A DNA stretch of 64,000 nucleotides, from NCBI RefSeq assembly GCF_023055435.1, contig NW_025963779.1:14632001-14696000 (forward strand), in the 5' to 3' direction. This document shows positions 50,657 to 64,000 of this stretch, piece after piece. The notes beneath the pieces are model-generated. The model searched no databases, was not told the DNA's origin, and was given only the letters and a program-made list of their open reading frames with translations. The translations under genes were made by a program, and so were the position numbers. Source of the DNA: Haliotis rufescens. Its lineage: Eukaryota. The number at the start of each line of letters is the position of its first letter. The first letter of the stretch is position 1.

Positions 50657-53101
50657 ATTCTACCATGACTAAATAAAACGCGAACTCTTTGGTGTTAGCA
50701 AGTATACTGAGTGAAGCGGCATTGGTTGAGTCCAGTGTTTTGAGTGGGTTATGAATCACCGAACAAAATATCGCGCTGTATATACTCAAGCAGTTTGTTT
50801 ACACCGTAATACTTCACTCGAATACATGACAGGCATACAAGCACGGCAAGTTGGTAAGTAAACATGATGTGAGCAAAGATTTGCAAGCTTTGCAAGGCTT
50901 TCGCTCTACATCGCGCGTCACTATTATGACGTCATATCGCTCATTGTGACGCAAAAGATATGACGTCACAGTCGTATATAGAAAAGCGCCAAAATTCCAA
51001 GTTCTCTGTTGTCTCCAAAATGTAAAAACATTCCCTTTGTAGATTTCTATGGTGTTTTCTGTGTCAACAGTCAAGACAATCAACAATTATTTGCAAAGTT
51101 TAGTTATTGGATTTCCATTTTCATTAGCTTCAATGTCGCTGTATTAACTTACAACACTCGTTACGTCGAGACACATAAACCACCTCAACATCATCTGGTT
51201 TAAAAAAACAAGTAGGTTTCCTCCTAAATGTTTTTTGTCGTCGTGATCCAAATCTGTGTGCACCTATCAGGATTCTAACGCCCACTATGTACAGTTTGAG
51301 ACGAGCCCCATGCCAAACCAAGCATTGGTACATTACCTGTTGGAGGTGCTGGACGACACCCGGGTACACTGGGCCATCGGTAAAGACTCACATATATTCC
51401 CCGAATATAGTTATTATATACAAGCTTAAATAATAATAATAATAATAATATGTGTTAAGTTTCTTATGTTTCTTAATTCCACGCTTAGAGCTGAAAAGGG
51501 AATGTGTATAGGCTGCTAAAGCTGGGAAGGGTGCGAATATGAAATAGGGGTGAATGTTTTAATATTGTATGTATGATCTGGGGTCTGTAAGAAAGTCATC
51601 AGTCAAAACCGAGCTCCCATACACATATAGGGCAATGATTAAATTGTTTTTTTGTTGTTAAAGGCCGCAATGAGCAGCTATATGTCGGCGGTCTGTAACT
51701 AATCGAGTCTTTACCAAACAATCCCGTGATTGACATCATGAGCATCGATATACGCAATTGGGTTAGAATGACATGCATCAACCAAGTCAGCGTGCCTGAC
51801 CACCTGATTCCGTTAGTCGCCTTTTACGAAAAGCATGGGCTCCTGAAGACATATTCTAACTCGGATCTTCACGGGTCTATCGTACAAGAACGCCAACCAC
51901 ATATTGATTCCAAGATGGCGGACTAATATGTTCTCTCACAGAGTCAATATATAGACTCCCTGGTTTGCTGGAGACAATTCCCAGTTTAAGATGTTACCAA
52001 GTGCTGTGTTAAAGACGTATGCTATTAAGAAATAGTCACACCGATATTTATCCGTATTCTACACACTACATTCATTGAATCCTATACAAATCTATGATAA
52101 TGCAAATTAGGCCCCACCAAGCTCCACACCTGAGTGTACAAGCAGGGTCGCGCCATGTTACAATGAAGGACTGGTGCAAGGCAGAACATTGAACCCTCCC
52201 TATTCAGGTGTTTGTGAAAGGGTCCTTGTCGGGCCTAATGTTACACGACTATCACTCATTTACAAAGCGAATTTCCCCAGAGGCCCTGGCTCAAAGCACA
52301 CGAGCAGCCCACGAAATACAGAGTACTGCAGGACCGACTCCTGTCACCATGGGCCGAGATTACTGGCGGTTCATGTTCACATGTGTGCTGGGTTTCCTCA
52401 ACCCTTCACTAACGACAGGTAACCTCATCTTTATTATCACTATCTGCATTGCTTGACAACCGGTGTAATATGTACCGGCATGTGACAGTCTGTTTTGTTC
52501 ACTAAGTCGGGTTAGGTACAGGGTTTACTGGATGTACAGTCTTCCACAAAGGAATAGCGAGTCTGTGGGACGTTTACATGAAGGTCAGTCGTAGGAGTGA
52601 TGATCAGTGCATGATGTGATGCGTACAACTATAGCATCTTTTTTATGAAGGAATCTGACAAGAGAGCCGCTCCAAGTGTATCATAGTATACCGTAGTGGA
52701 TATTGTGCTTTCTGTAGTTGATGCAATTTATCTTTCTTCTACTCCATTGCTCACAATATATAGATAATACACAACGTAACCTCAGCATACATTTTAATTC
52801 TTTCAAAAAGGATATGAGTAGTATATTATACGTTTGTATTTGAAGTAGTATATGCAATAGTGTATACATTTGTTAAGGGATATTTAATATGCAGTGATGG
52901 GGAACGGGAAGCGGAGGAGAGGGGATGAGAAATTTTTGTTGGAGTCTTAATTTAACTGCTTCAAAACAACTAGTTTTGTGGAAGCCAAACAACTTGTTTT
53001 CACCATATATTTTTCCAGGACATCCAGCATGTTCAGCGAACTTTTTAGTTGTTGGCAAAATATATACAATTGCCATAAATCATATGTCAAGATCAAATGC
53101 T

Positions 53102-53191
53102 CATACATACATACATACATACATACATACATACATACATACATACATACATACATACATACATACATACATACATACATACATACATACA
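53102..53191. repeat. (CATA)n microsatellite
   Basis: About 22 perfect units. Confidence 0.98.
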
Positions 53192-53329
53192 TGCTTATGA
53201 TATAGTCGAAATCATATAATGGACTCTGCTTTACGCAGGTATTTCCTATGATTATGGAAACGTTTTGTCGCTTTCATTCCCTACATGTCAGCAAACAATT
53301 ACATTTAGTACTAACGACTAAATGACTTT

Positions 53330-54452
53330 ATCGCGCGTATCCAAACCATGGGCTAATTACGTCTGTAACCCAATCACCCCCCGTAACCCAATCACCCCGG
53401 GCCACCACTCGGCACCGTGCCCGGGGAATAATCCCGCGCAAGCATCATCCCGCCCTTTGTTAGTCCGTCATTCGCGAGCAACCCTTCCCCAAGTACACAC
53501 GTGTGTCACTGTATCTAATCGCTTTCCCACCCACCCACCCACTCAGCTTGCCACTCCCTTTTCTTTCCTTTTCAGCCTGACGTGTCTTCTTCACCTGGAA
53601 TGCTAATCACTTCTTTTTCAGCGTTTATTCTATTACAAGTACCAGCAGAGCGGATTGTATATATGTAAATAAACCTGTACATATGTAAAATAGGTTTTCA
53701 GAGCGCTTGTATATATGTACATACTTTTAAATGATTCTGATATATGTAAATAAACATGACTTCTTAATAGCTGTATATATGTATATATGCAATACCTGTC
53801 TCAACAATAAACTGTGTCGAGGTGTGCGGGGTTCTTGTGGGCTACACTGCTAGTAACAAATTAACTTGCTTCCAAATTAATACTCGTGCTTAAGGCTACC
53901 TGCTTTTCAGCGGGAACCTTTCCGGGGTTACCTGCTTCTCAGTGGGAACCTTGTCTTTCCCGACTTTTCAGCCGGGGAATCGTAAAATAACATACGTTGG
54001 GGCAAACAATTGCCACGTATATGGGCCCGGCGGCGGAAGTCGTCTTGTCAAGCGGTAGCTGACAGTTAGGTCCGCGGGGGGGCCGCACAATGGTTTTGCT
54101 AATGGGGCCGGGCAGTGTGATCTGCTTTGGCCGGCTGCCTGGGGCCGGGCAGCGGTAGTCTGACTTAGGCCAGCAGCGTGGAGCTGCTTTTGGCAGCGTG
54201 GGAGTTGCCAAGCAATGGTAGCGTTTAAATATGCTACCGTGGGGGGCGGACAGCGGTAGCAGTCTCAGGCCAGCAGCGCTAGCTGCAATCGCCGTTGGCC
54301 ACGCGCGTGGCCATGGCAACGGTAGCATTTTGGTATACACAATTAGCAGCTAAGTAGCCCACTGGTACCTGCACACCCTCGGCCATTTAACCCAACCTCA
54401 TCTTCTGTTTTTATTATAGGCACGGGCACCCACGGCTCGGTGGCCCGTGCCT
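53330..54452. mobile_element. GC-rich insertion specific to gene C intron 1, ending in a GC hairpin (unclassified; Helitron/Helentron-like end possible)
   Basis: Sharp GC rise at 53330-53560 and 53900-54450; ttttattata ggcacgggc...gcccgtgcc hairpin at ~54419-54451; no counterpart in gene B. Confidence 0.35.
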
Positions 54453-57400
54453 CTCCTTGGCATATCGCGGGATAAAGGTTCAGTATGCCGATTATCCGCC
54501 GAAACAGATTCCATTGGACGTAAATGGAAACATAGTGGTCAAAGTGGGTCACTGGAAATCTAAACACCTTTATGCAGGCGACGCCGAATATACGGTGGAT
54601 GCGATGACATATGAACAAGTCTATTCTACATAGCAGCATTATATTTAGAGCGATATTTAGAAAGGGGCCATACATTATTCGGTTCGGGAGGGGATCTGTG
54701 ATTAATGTTAGAGACAGGATATCTATTCGGTCACTTCCCGAAACATGCAATGTTCTTTCTGAAGTGGAAGACAAAGACATTTCTCTTTCTCTTTGCTTTT
54801 TTTAATTGACACGGGTATGGATAAATAACTTAACGTTTTGGAGAATGTGCATATATGTTTCTATCAACGCGGGGGAATCCAGATTTCTTATGGAACAAAA
54901 GCTGATTTGAGCTCACTTTAGCATCATTGTCAATCAAAACGTAAAAACATGTATGTGGTTGCTATGTTCACAAGTAAAATTGCCGCATATCTAATTATCA
55001 ACTTTTGGTTGATAGTTATCGTTATTTACAATGTAAATGATGGTAATCCTATGATAAGGTACTTTTATTTACATCAGCACTTTTATCTTATTTTGTATTT
55101 ACATAACAGCTAACTGCGACGACTGAAAAGAAGCTCCTTACCTCAGAAGGGTATCCTATCAAATATGAACCGTAAGTATATATTTTTAATGAATCAGTTT
55201 GCACACTGTATAGCTATGGAATACTAGAAGGGACATTTCGCGTTTACGCCTTTACAAAACCAAGCACATAATGACCGACTTAACCAAAGCGTGACATCGC
55301 AATAACGAGACAGCGCTTTCATTTGAGTAATTGCATAATATGAATAACACAGTTATTTCACCAAAACACTCTAAATTACTAGTTCGAAATACAAAAGGGG
55401 TTAATATTTGTGTCCTCAGACTAAATTGGTTAGTTACTTAATCAGAGCATGATTATATACTGTAGTATCTTGAAGGAGATGTTCTATCACCCTTAAAACT
55501 TAGGAAGATAGTATGGCTATCCTCGAGCTCATGACTGTATGACAAGAAGGGTGTCTTTTACTGTCCAGTTTTCAACTTTCGCTTCATGTCGCAATATCCC
55601 AACAGCTCAAGCCTTTGGTGTCATTTCACATTTCACACTTTTGGAGGTGCAATCGAGCACGCTTCTTCTAAGAAGAGTTTCAAGCGACTCTTGCTACTGT
55701 TTGATCAAAATTACAACAGTAAAGGCCTCAGTAAAGCTATGGCTGCTATGGCAGGCACGTGGAGCAGATTTCCAAATTTACGTATCAATGACCAAAATTA
55801 TGTCCAATGCAATTTCCTGTGTTGACTTTTACCAGAGACCATATAATAGATGGTCTCTGGCTTTTACGCAACATATAAACTCAATAAATAATATTCAATA
55901 CATGTACGTTCATTAAAGTGATTCTCTGTATCGCTGCCCACCTCTCGTTGGCGGCATGGTCATTTCATAACACACATACATGTAAATAGTGGATGTGTAA
56001 TTCAAATTCGGATTGGTTGCGAAAAATGCGAACTTCACACGACAAACATAATAACAAACTTTTGCATCGCAGATTACTAACTAAGCATGTAGGAAATATA
56101 ACATACATAATTATGTATTAGTTGCATACTATACAAATAAAAGTTTTTTTCAACCAAGCTATCAATATTCAATAAATATTGACTTTATGGCAATTCAAAT
56201 CGGTCTCACACAGAAAACGTCACACTATATTCCATTTATTTGTCTATTCCACTTGTTTGTGAGTACTAACTAATACTAGTAGTTAATATTTCAGTTCACA
56301 AACATGCTCGTGGAGTCTTCAGGCATCTGACGCTTCCAAGAATGTAATTCTAGAAACAGTGGACATGATGATACAACCCTCAACTGGTTGTGTTGATGAT
56401 TCAGTCAGCATACATGACGGTAAGATCAGTATACCCCGTGGGGATCCCGGGATCCTACAAGTAGTACGCTGGTCGTAAGAGGTGACCAAATGGGTCGGGT
56501 GGTTAGGCTCGGTGTCCTCGTACCATGATGGCGTGGTTTGTGGCTCACAATATCGACCACTGTCTTGTCTGGTCATGACCCGACTATCTACATACCGCCG
56601 TCAGACAGCTGGAGATTACTACACACATATGTCTTAAAGATTAGATGTCTCGTATATATCTAAACACGAGCGTAAATGACACAATTAGTATGTGCCAGAA
56701 ACTGACGCCGGTACATTTCGCTAAATTGACAAACTTACTGATAAAATTGTACATTATACATAAATGAACTGTTGTGTCTTTGTACCATTACCCAAGTACA
56801 GTGAATGACTCAGCGATTGTTTATCAACAATTTAACCTTCATATTACGTCGGCTGTAAACAATGATATTTTAATTATTTTATGTGTGTATGGGTAAGTCA
56901 AAATCATAGAAGACAACAACGGAGTATATACAGTGAGTGTTTAAGAAGTGTTATTATATAACTAGGCAATCAGTAGACTAGTATAAATGCCATATCCCAA
57001 TAACATGTTCAAATGCCTTTACGCTACAAGCTCTAACTGTAGCCAATATACATTCTTTACAGTTCTTTTATGCTCACTGGACAAATCACTCGCCTCTGTT
57101 GATTCCGGAAGTTTGAAACCAATAACCATTGCAGATTCTACTTCCTGAATCATCAGATTCGAGTGATATATCTGATATTTAATTTCTTTATAATTCTGTA
57201 TAATAACCTACAGTTGCGTCAGTTTTACTTGCACAAACTGCACGCTCAAAATGGCCAGTGAATTCCTTGTCAAGAACAATCTGCAACAACAATAGCGTGG
57301 CATCATTGTATGTATGTATTCCCCCTATGCTTCCATGTGTTATGCGTTGAAAGTAACATTATTGATATTTATATATACATATTATATATGTTAACTACAG

Positions 57401-60400
57401 GTGACTCCAACTCTTCCACTAGGCTACACACGTTATGTCGAGACACTCGTGTGTTTGTGACCTCATCTGGACGGAACATGTACCTTGAATTTCGTTCCAA
57501 CAGTATTCTTGAGACGAGAGGCTTCCAGTTCCGATACTACCAGGGAGACAGTATGTAATTCCAAAGTCATTATCAGCCATTAAATATACGCTGCTCAATT
57601 GTTCAGAATATCACGTCAGGTCTTATGGCAAACGTTCACCCATGTATGCATACAGTTAACTCTTGACATATTGCACAGTTTCGACTATAGCTGTCCAACT
57701 TTGAATCCTTGAACAAAATATGTTATTGTTCGTGACTTGGGAATGCACGAAATGTATGGTTGAGTGCATATTTCATTAATAGGTACCTACCGTTCCATTG
57801 ACGATCCTAGGGGATTATTCAATCAAATTATTACGCCAGTACTTCCTTGTACCTGTTTGGAAATATGAAGATGTTTTCATGATCACAAAACCCCTTGTGG
57901 ATTTAAGTGAGAACATAGATCCCCAACTACCCATGTGTTCATTCATCCAATTGTAATTGATTCGAAGCATACAACTCCAAAAGAGCCCTATTTATGGTTC
58001 AAGCTTCAAGAGCTCTGGTGTTTATTAGTGTTGAAAACCCAAATAGGCTTGCCAAAGATTTGAACGCAATGTGATTGTTCTTCGCGAAGTAAAGTGAATG
58101 GTCATTAAAATGGTCAGTTGTGCAGTCCATGTATGAATAAAGTTGGTAATGCCACAGTAACTGTAACAGTTTAATTGTTATATATCTAATATACCATATG
58201 TACTTATGCGTATATATTGAATTATAATCTCGTCATCAGTAGAGTTAATCAGGAAAGTACAAGTCGATAAATGCGTCGTGAAGGTGAATTATTATTTTCC
58301 TCAGAAGCTAGGCCTTGCACGTTCACGTTTACTGCTACTCGGGATGTGAAGACCTTCAACTCACCTGGCTACCCCATTGCATACTTCAAGTAGGTTGTAC
58401 TGTCCGAGGACCAAGCATGATTCATACTTGCTTTTATTGCAGTTGCATTCGTCCATTCATTAGCTTGGTGCCTTCAATGATACACTTGTTAAAGTTCTGT
58501 TCTGGTATATATTTTGATAATTATATGTCTCCAATTACTTCCCCGTTCTGATCAATATAACCTCGTTTGTATGACACGTTGCTGGGCAAAAACAGGTCAA
58601 GTCAACACTCATGTCTGTACAAAAAGATGTTTGTCCTTGGTAGATAACCAGTTTATCAATGAACTAACTCTTATGACGCTGTGAACTGATACCGATGGCA
58701 CAAAATGTACAATAACTCAACGTACATAGAATGAAAATGTGTACAACATGAACACAGTTGTATAGTTACGTATATTCAATGAGTGATTTAATGTAGTGCA
58801 TACATACATTGACGTGATCATTTATTCTAATTTAACGTTGAATTATTATACAGCCATTTAGATTAGAACTTTTGTATTTCAGAATATCATATTATTTGTT
58901 TTCCAGCGGTTTATCCTGTGAATATTCAATTCAAGCGGCCGATGCATCATATAGTCTGCAATTGGAGTTTACAGACGTTGATGTTCAATCATCTCAAACT
59001 TGTCGTGACGACAACATCAGCGTGGCAAATATAAGTAATGAATTACAATATTACCTGAACTTAACTTTTACCGGGTACAGAACTACATGTAGTCTAACCC
59101 TCCTAATTCAGTGTGGAGATACGTGTGTCTAATTGTGTCAGGTCCCGCTGGTTACCGACTGATTCGCCCTGATTGTGATCCGTGGTTTGTCGGCACCATC
59201 GAGATTTTTACTTGCCTTTGTCACGGGTGCCGCCGGTGAGACAGGATAACCTTACCTAGTCGTGAACACCTGTATCATCACCACCTGACGTACAATGGAT
59301 TCTGCGTTTAGCAGATATTTCTTCTATGTGGTTCGTCGTTTTCCCCATCGTACATTTCCCACGCCATTGAATAACTGAAATATTGTCAAAGTTCCAAGTG
59401 GCAACAAAGGAGAAGTCATTAAAGTCGCTCATTGTATATATCATTAAAGTCGCTCAGAATATATCACTTATGGAATCTGGAACACTTATAGTAATACTAT
59501 ACAATCAAAGCAAACCCGATACATATGTTTGACTACAATGTGCCGACAATTGCAGCTATAGATATATTGGCTGTGTAACAACTGAGACACAAAGCACACT
59601 ATCCGATATATGCATAAGTCTATGTTGACTTAGTTTCAGGTGGAGATGACCCAGTTGCCACAATCTGTGGTATGCCGACCTCCTCTTATCAAGGAGGAAA
59701 CAACATGAAGGTCACATTCACCTCAGATGGGTCGAAGGTCAATAAAGGATTTTCAGTTGGATATCGGAGCGTCCCGAGTGAGACATTATTAATTCATTAG
59801 AGTAAATCATAGTTATCATGTTTTTTAAACGACACTTATGAGGGTTTTTTATATTAAAAAATGTGCCGTAAAAATGTCTTATCATTGCCATACCATAAAA
59901 TCATTAATTCTTATGAAACATTAGTTGTATTCATTATGCATTTTCTTTGAACACACTATGTCATTTAGAATGTGGTCTAATGTAACAAATGTTATTGGTG
60001 GCGTGAAACCTTCTGAGAAAAGTAACAATTATCTTACTTCCGTCCTGGATTCGAACCCATACTGCCAGACCGAGGCACCTAATCGCGGGCACACAAAGTC
60101 AGCGATGCTTTTTCTTGTTTATTTACTTGTTTTCCTTTTCCATAAATTACATTACATAAAGTACATGTTACCTGGTAAGTCTTTGGCATGGTACACCTGA
60201 AGAAAAAGAAACATTTCCAAAATTGGAAAGAACATGGACAAAATGACCTTTCCATCATTCAATCTGTGAAAATGTGTGCAAACTTCCAAAAGTAAAATTT
60301 AGAAATATCACCTTTCCGAGCTTTTGAATAGGGTCTTTTCCCTTATTACAATAGGAGGAAATGTTTGGAAAGAGATGTTACAGAAGGTGTTAACATTGTA

Positions 60401-63400
60401 CATAGCAATGGAAATCTATAATACATCACGTTTATTTGATATGCTTCAGAGGAAGAATGTTCAATACACGTGGAGGCCACAGATATGGACTCGTTTATCA
60501 TGTCCCCAGGGTACCCGAATCAGTACTTCAGGTAAATATTGTACAGGAACATTATTTCCCATGATCGTTTCTTGTCATGTTACCTTCTTTATAACACCTT
60601 CATACAAGCGTGGGGAATAATAATAAAACTTACATTTCGTGGTTCAACTTATAAGTGAAGGAACGTATGAATATTGTTTAACACCGCAGTCACATTAGTA
60701 TTCCAGCTATGTCGCGGCGGTATGTCATAAATGGAGTCTGGACCAACCCAATTAGTGCCAGAACCACCGGTCCCTCCTTAATTGATTCAAAAATACTTGT
60801 GGAAGGACCACAAACACTGTTAAGAATAATTTGCATGTGTTTAAATACTACTGTCTTACATTCTTTTGGAAATCTTCAGAAAATAGCCAATCTTCAGCCA
60901 AACGAAAACAAAAGAACATAATACATCTAACAAAAACGAAACGATGTGCTTCAAGAAAAATAAAATTGATAAATAAGATACTCTTACATGTGGTTACAGC
61001 TAAATCATAGTATAGGGTTTACAATGGTGCAGATGCTATGGTCTAGGGGAGATAATTCCAGAAGTGCATCAACATGGAAAAGATCAATCAGGAATATCCC
61101 AGTGTTGGTATAGGAAAAGAAATCATACGTAATTTTAACACGCAGCTATGTACACCGTCAACAAGATAGATACAGTTCTCAGTACATGTATGTCAGTTAC
61201 CATGGAACCTAGAATATACAAGGCGAGTTTATAACATTTGTAATTGGGGGACTATTTTCATCAGCATGAGCAACGACCAATCCTTAAACCAAGTCCCACA
61301 TTGCAACTGTATGATACCTATTTAAGTAACAAACCTGAGGTACCGATGGACAAAATGCATTCGGCCCTGGGGTTCCCAGGTGAATACTTACGGGAATATA
61401 GACGAAAGATTAATTTAGAGAAATGTGAAATTACTCTTTTCCGTAAATGGCATATGAATGTCCATGAGAATGAATACGAGTTCTTCTGGACGGATTATCT
61501 ACAGATAGATCAGTGGATGATTTACGCGATGGATGAAGAATAACATGTGGCGATACACCTCGATTCAATAAGTAGGATTCAAATTTTTCTGTTTATATAA
61601 AAATGTATAAAGGTCATATGCTACATGAATGAAGGATTTTATAGATCGGTGGATACATGTGGTGGTAACTTATCTTCCCTTATGTGAGTAAATGATTGAT
61701 CTTTAAACGTTTTATAGGCGTTCCCGCAACTAGGCCCTTTTATACCTTGCCCACGATAAAGGTTTTCTAAATTCCTATATAAATATTATAAAGTCGAGAA
61801 ACTGCCTCAAGCTATAATATAAGCAAGAATTACATTTTGAACTTCATGGCGAATGATAGTCCTAGAACATAATTGTCCAGCCAATGGGAAATCAATATTG
61901 AGAACTGTATGAGACGCCACCATTTTTATATTTTTAGCAATGCAGTAAATACTGAGCCACATTGTGAAGCTGATTACAAACTGTACGATTTGCAGAAATG
62001 TCGAGGTATGCACCATTAATTAATAAAAAGCTCGATGCCATAGAGATATTGTGTAAATGAAGCTTTGCTCCTCCAGCAACATGAACTGCCGCTGGACCAT
62101 CGTGGCGACGGATAACGATGCTACGGTCGAACTGGTTGCTGTCATCTCCGACATTGCCGACACTTCCCCATCTTGCAGCAGTGACAGAGTGTCTGTGACG
62201 GACTGTAAGCTTCTATGTTAATGACGTTAATGGATAATTAGATTTGATAAATTTAAATTTAAAACAATATTCAAGAAAATGTCAGTTCCGTAGGTGGTAA
62301 TATGAACATAAGAACATAAGATCAGTATCGGTTTTCTATTCAACGATGTCACTCAATGGTTGGCTGGGTACTTGCCGCGTTCTCAGGAGTTCGTAATTTT
62401 TGGCTAACTGTGACAAAACAAATGCACGATGCATAAAGACGAGAGAAACGAGGGATCTCGCAGTTTCGTTCTTCACACACATACACATATTCATTATATA
62501 CCGGATTTTGTGAATGCTAAAAAGAAGAAATGTGAAATGTGTTGAACTATGTTGAAAGCTTGGCACATGTACATGTGGCATTGTCTTCCCATGAACAGTT
62601 CAGCTGATGAACAGTGGGGTCATTTGGTTGAAACATTTTGGTCATGTCGAAAATTGTGACACACATATACGTGTAAACACGTTCCACCGGATTTCATGAA
62701 TGAAAAAAGTGCAACTGTCAAATGTGTGAAATGTATTAAACAAGTTTTTATTGTATTACCATCTTCAGCTGATATGACAGAACTGGGGATATTCTGTGGA
62801 ACGAACAAACCTACATATAATAGTACAGGACCAAACGTGACTGTTGTCTTCACGACTGATGGCACCAATCAGGCAACAGGATTTCGTCTGAAATACAAGC
62901 AGAAACGAGGTAAGTCGTTTTTCATGGGTTACACCACATTATTATAAGGTCTACTCCGTTCTGTTAGTGAGAAGAACAAGGAAAGAATGAGTAGAACGTG
63001 TTCAAGTTATCACAGACTGTATACATCCACTGCATTTCATCTGTTGAGAGATTCTTATGTATGTGAAAACAAGACACGATGGACAGCGCAAGTGCTCTAT
63101 GAAATCTCAATCAGATATGTTTGTAGAATGCTTTTGCAAGGTTCAAATGTATTTACTAAAACAATTTATAAAGTAATTAAGATTCCAATCATCGTTGCCT
63201 GCATATTCGGACAATGGTGTACTCTTGCGATATTGTAAAGGAAAAACGAGTGCAGCAATGTGTCAAATGCAGGACTGGTTTCGCGTTATTTAATTTATAT
63301 ATTTGTATTAGAAATATAATACGATTTTGGTTTAAATGTCAGATTATTTCTTGTGCAAATGTGAACCAAGAGAACGTAGTTGCTAGTATAAGGGGTGGAG

Positions 63401-64000
63401 ATACGTACTGTGACTATGGTCCGTTTACAGCAATACAGATTGTCAGACACATTCATTCCTTACTTTTTTAAAGTTTTTGGCCGTGCATCTTCTAAATTTA
63501 AGAAACCCAACAAATTAACGTCTTCTCCCAAATTATCAACATCCCAATTCTGGTCCAGTATAGTTATATATTATACGGGGACCTGGATGGACTGTTGCAT
63601 TCCTTTGGGGTACGAGAACCGATTGCCGTTGATTCGAGTACAATATTCTCTCTGCTTATGTTACCAGGTTTGTCACCACCAGAGTCGTGCCCGTGTGTTT
63701 TGCCATATAGATTACACTAGTGATTTCACTATGTTTAATCCCCTTGTGTTACACGCATACTTGGCGCAAACCGTGTGCCTCCCGTTGGTCACTCGTGTGG
63801 AACACGTGTGCAACGCCAATGATGTTACAAAATCATGACCCACGCACATCGGAGGGGACCAACTTTTGACACTGTTGACCCATGTTTGGCTGATAGAGGG
63901 AGTAGTGATTGCTGTATTCCTGAAACGAATGGTATCAGGTGTATTTGCTGATGCCTCCATTGTAGATGAGATGTAGTGTATTTGGCGTTATTTGGTTTTG

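Larger units (their letters stand above)
52349..62909 (+). pseudogene. Gene C: direct tandem paralog (signal peptide + CUB1-3 within window) with a frameshift in exon 2; recent pseudogene, null allele, or splice-rescued gene
   Basis: Exons 52349-52418, 55110-55171 (62 nt instead of 79), 56295-56419, 57401-57550, 58305-58389, 58907-59034, 59640-59777, 60450-60531, 62077-62204, 62769-62909. All match gene B in length and splice sites except exon 2, which reads A-N-C-D-D-stop. Introns align with gene B up to ~63740. Confidence 0.75.
47380..63740 (+). repeat. Direct segmental duplication of ~7520-23410 (upstream region and first 10 exons of gene B)
   Basis: Colinear diverged blocks, e.g. 47760-47810 vs 7990-8046, 49570-50140 vs 9400-9960, 51500-52650 vs 10135-11040, 54560-55200 vs 13580-14200, and all later introns; offset about 40-41 kb. 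Confidence 0.92.

Noticed and set aside
52925-53205. HTYI / MYVC repeat proteins
   Set aside because: Translations of the (CATA)n microsatellite
53939-54780. GC-rich minus-strand ORFs as an antisense nested gene
   Set aside because: No recognisable motifs; they span a paralog-specific insertion and ordinary intron sequence, and low stop frequency follows from GC content
55078-55171. Upstream acceptor (catcag, 55077) rescuing the gene C frameshift
   Set aside because: The length is frame-compatible (94 nt) but it includes an in-frame TAA

Overview
AT-rich, intron- and repeat-rich animal genomic DNA. The SINE repertoire suggests a mollusc, possibly abalone (my recollection, unverified). There are four assembly gaps: 2252-2422, 4436-4578, 7555-7867 and 11774-11916. 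The window holds three paralogous genes for a multi-CUB type I membrane protein, which the ORF track misses because the exons are small. Gene B (+, 10739-41753) reconstructs completely by hand as 26 GT-AG exons with consistent phases: signal peptide, 8 CUB domains (3 exons each), one TM helix and a short tail, about 1035 aa. Gene A (-, ATG at 2492, running off the left edge) lies head-to-head with gene B. It is part of a ~15 kb palindrome (arms 38-6894 and 6946-14944) whose 51-bp centre looks like a Penelope-type hammerhead remnant. One arm lacks 1715 bp of a LINE between two ATCC microhomologies. Gene C (+, ATG at 52349, running off the right edge) is an older direct duplicate with a 17-bp frameshifting deletion in exon 2 and otherwise intact exons. 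Introns and intergenic DNA carry CR1/L2-like and R4/Dong-like LINE fragments, Tc1 and mariner relics, a RecQ-bearing Academ-like relic, several tRNA-derived SINE families, a MITE family with 8-bp TSDs, fold-back hairpins and a 34-bp minisatellite with 102-bp higher-order structure. All coordinates were read by eye. Exon boundaries are frame-checked; repeat boundaries are approximate.
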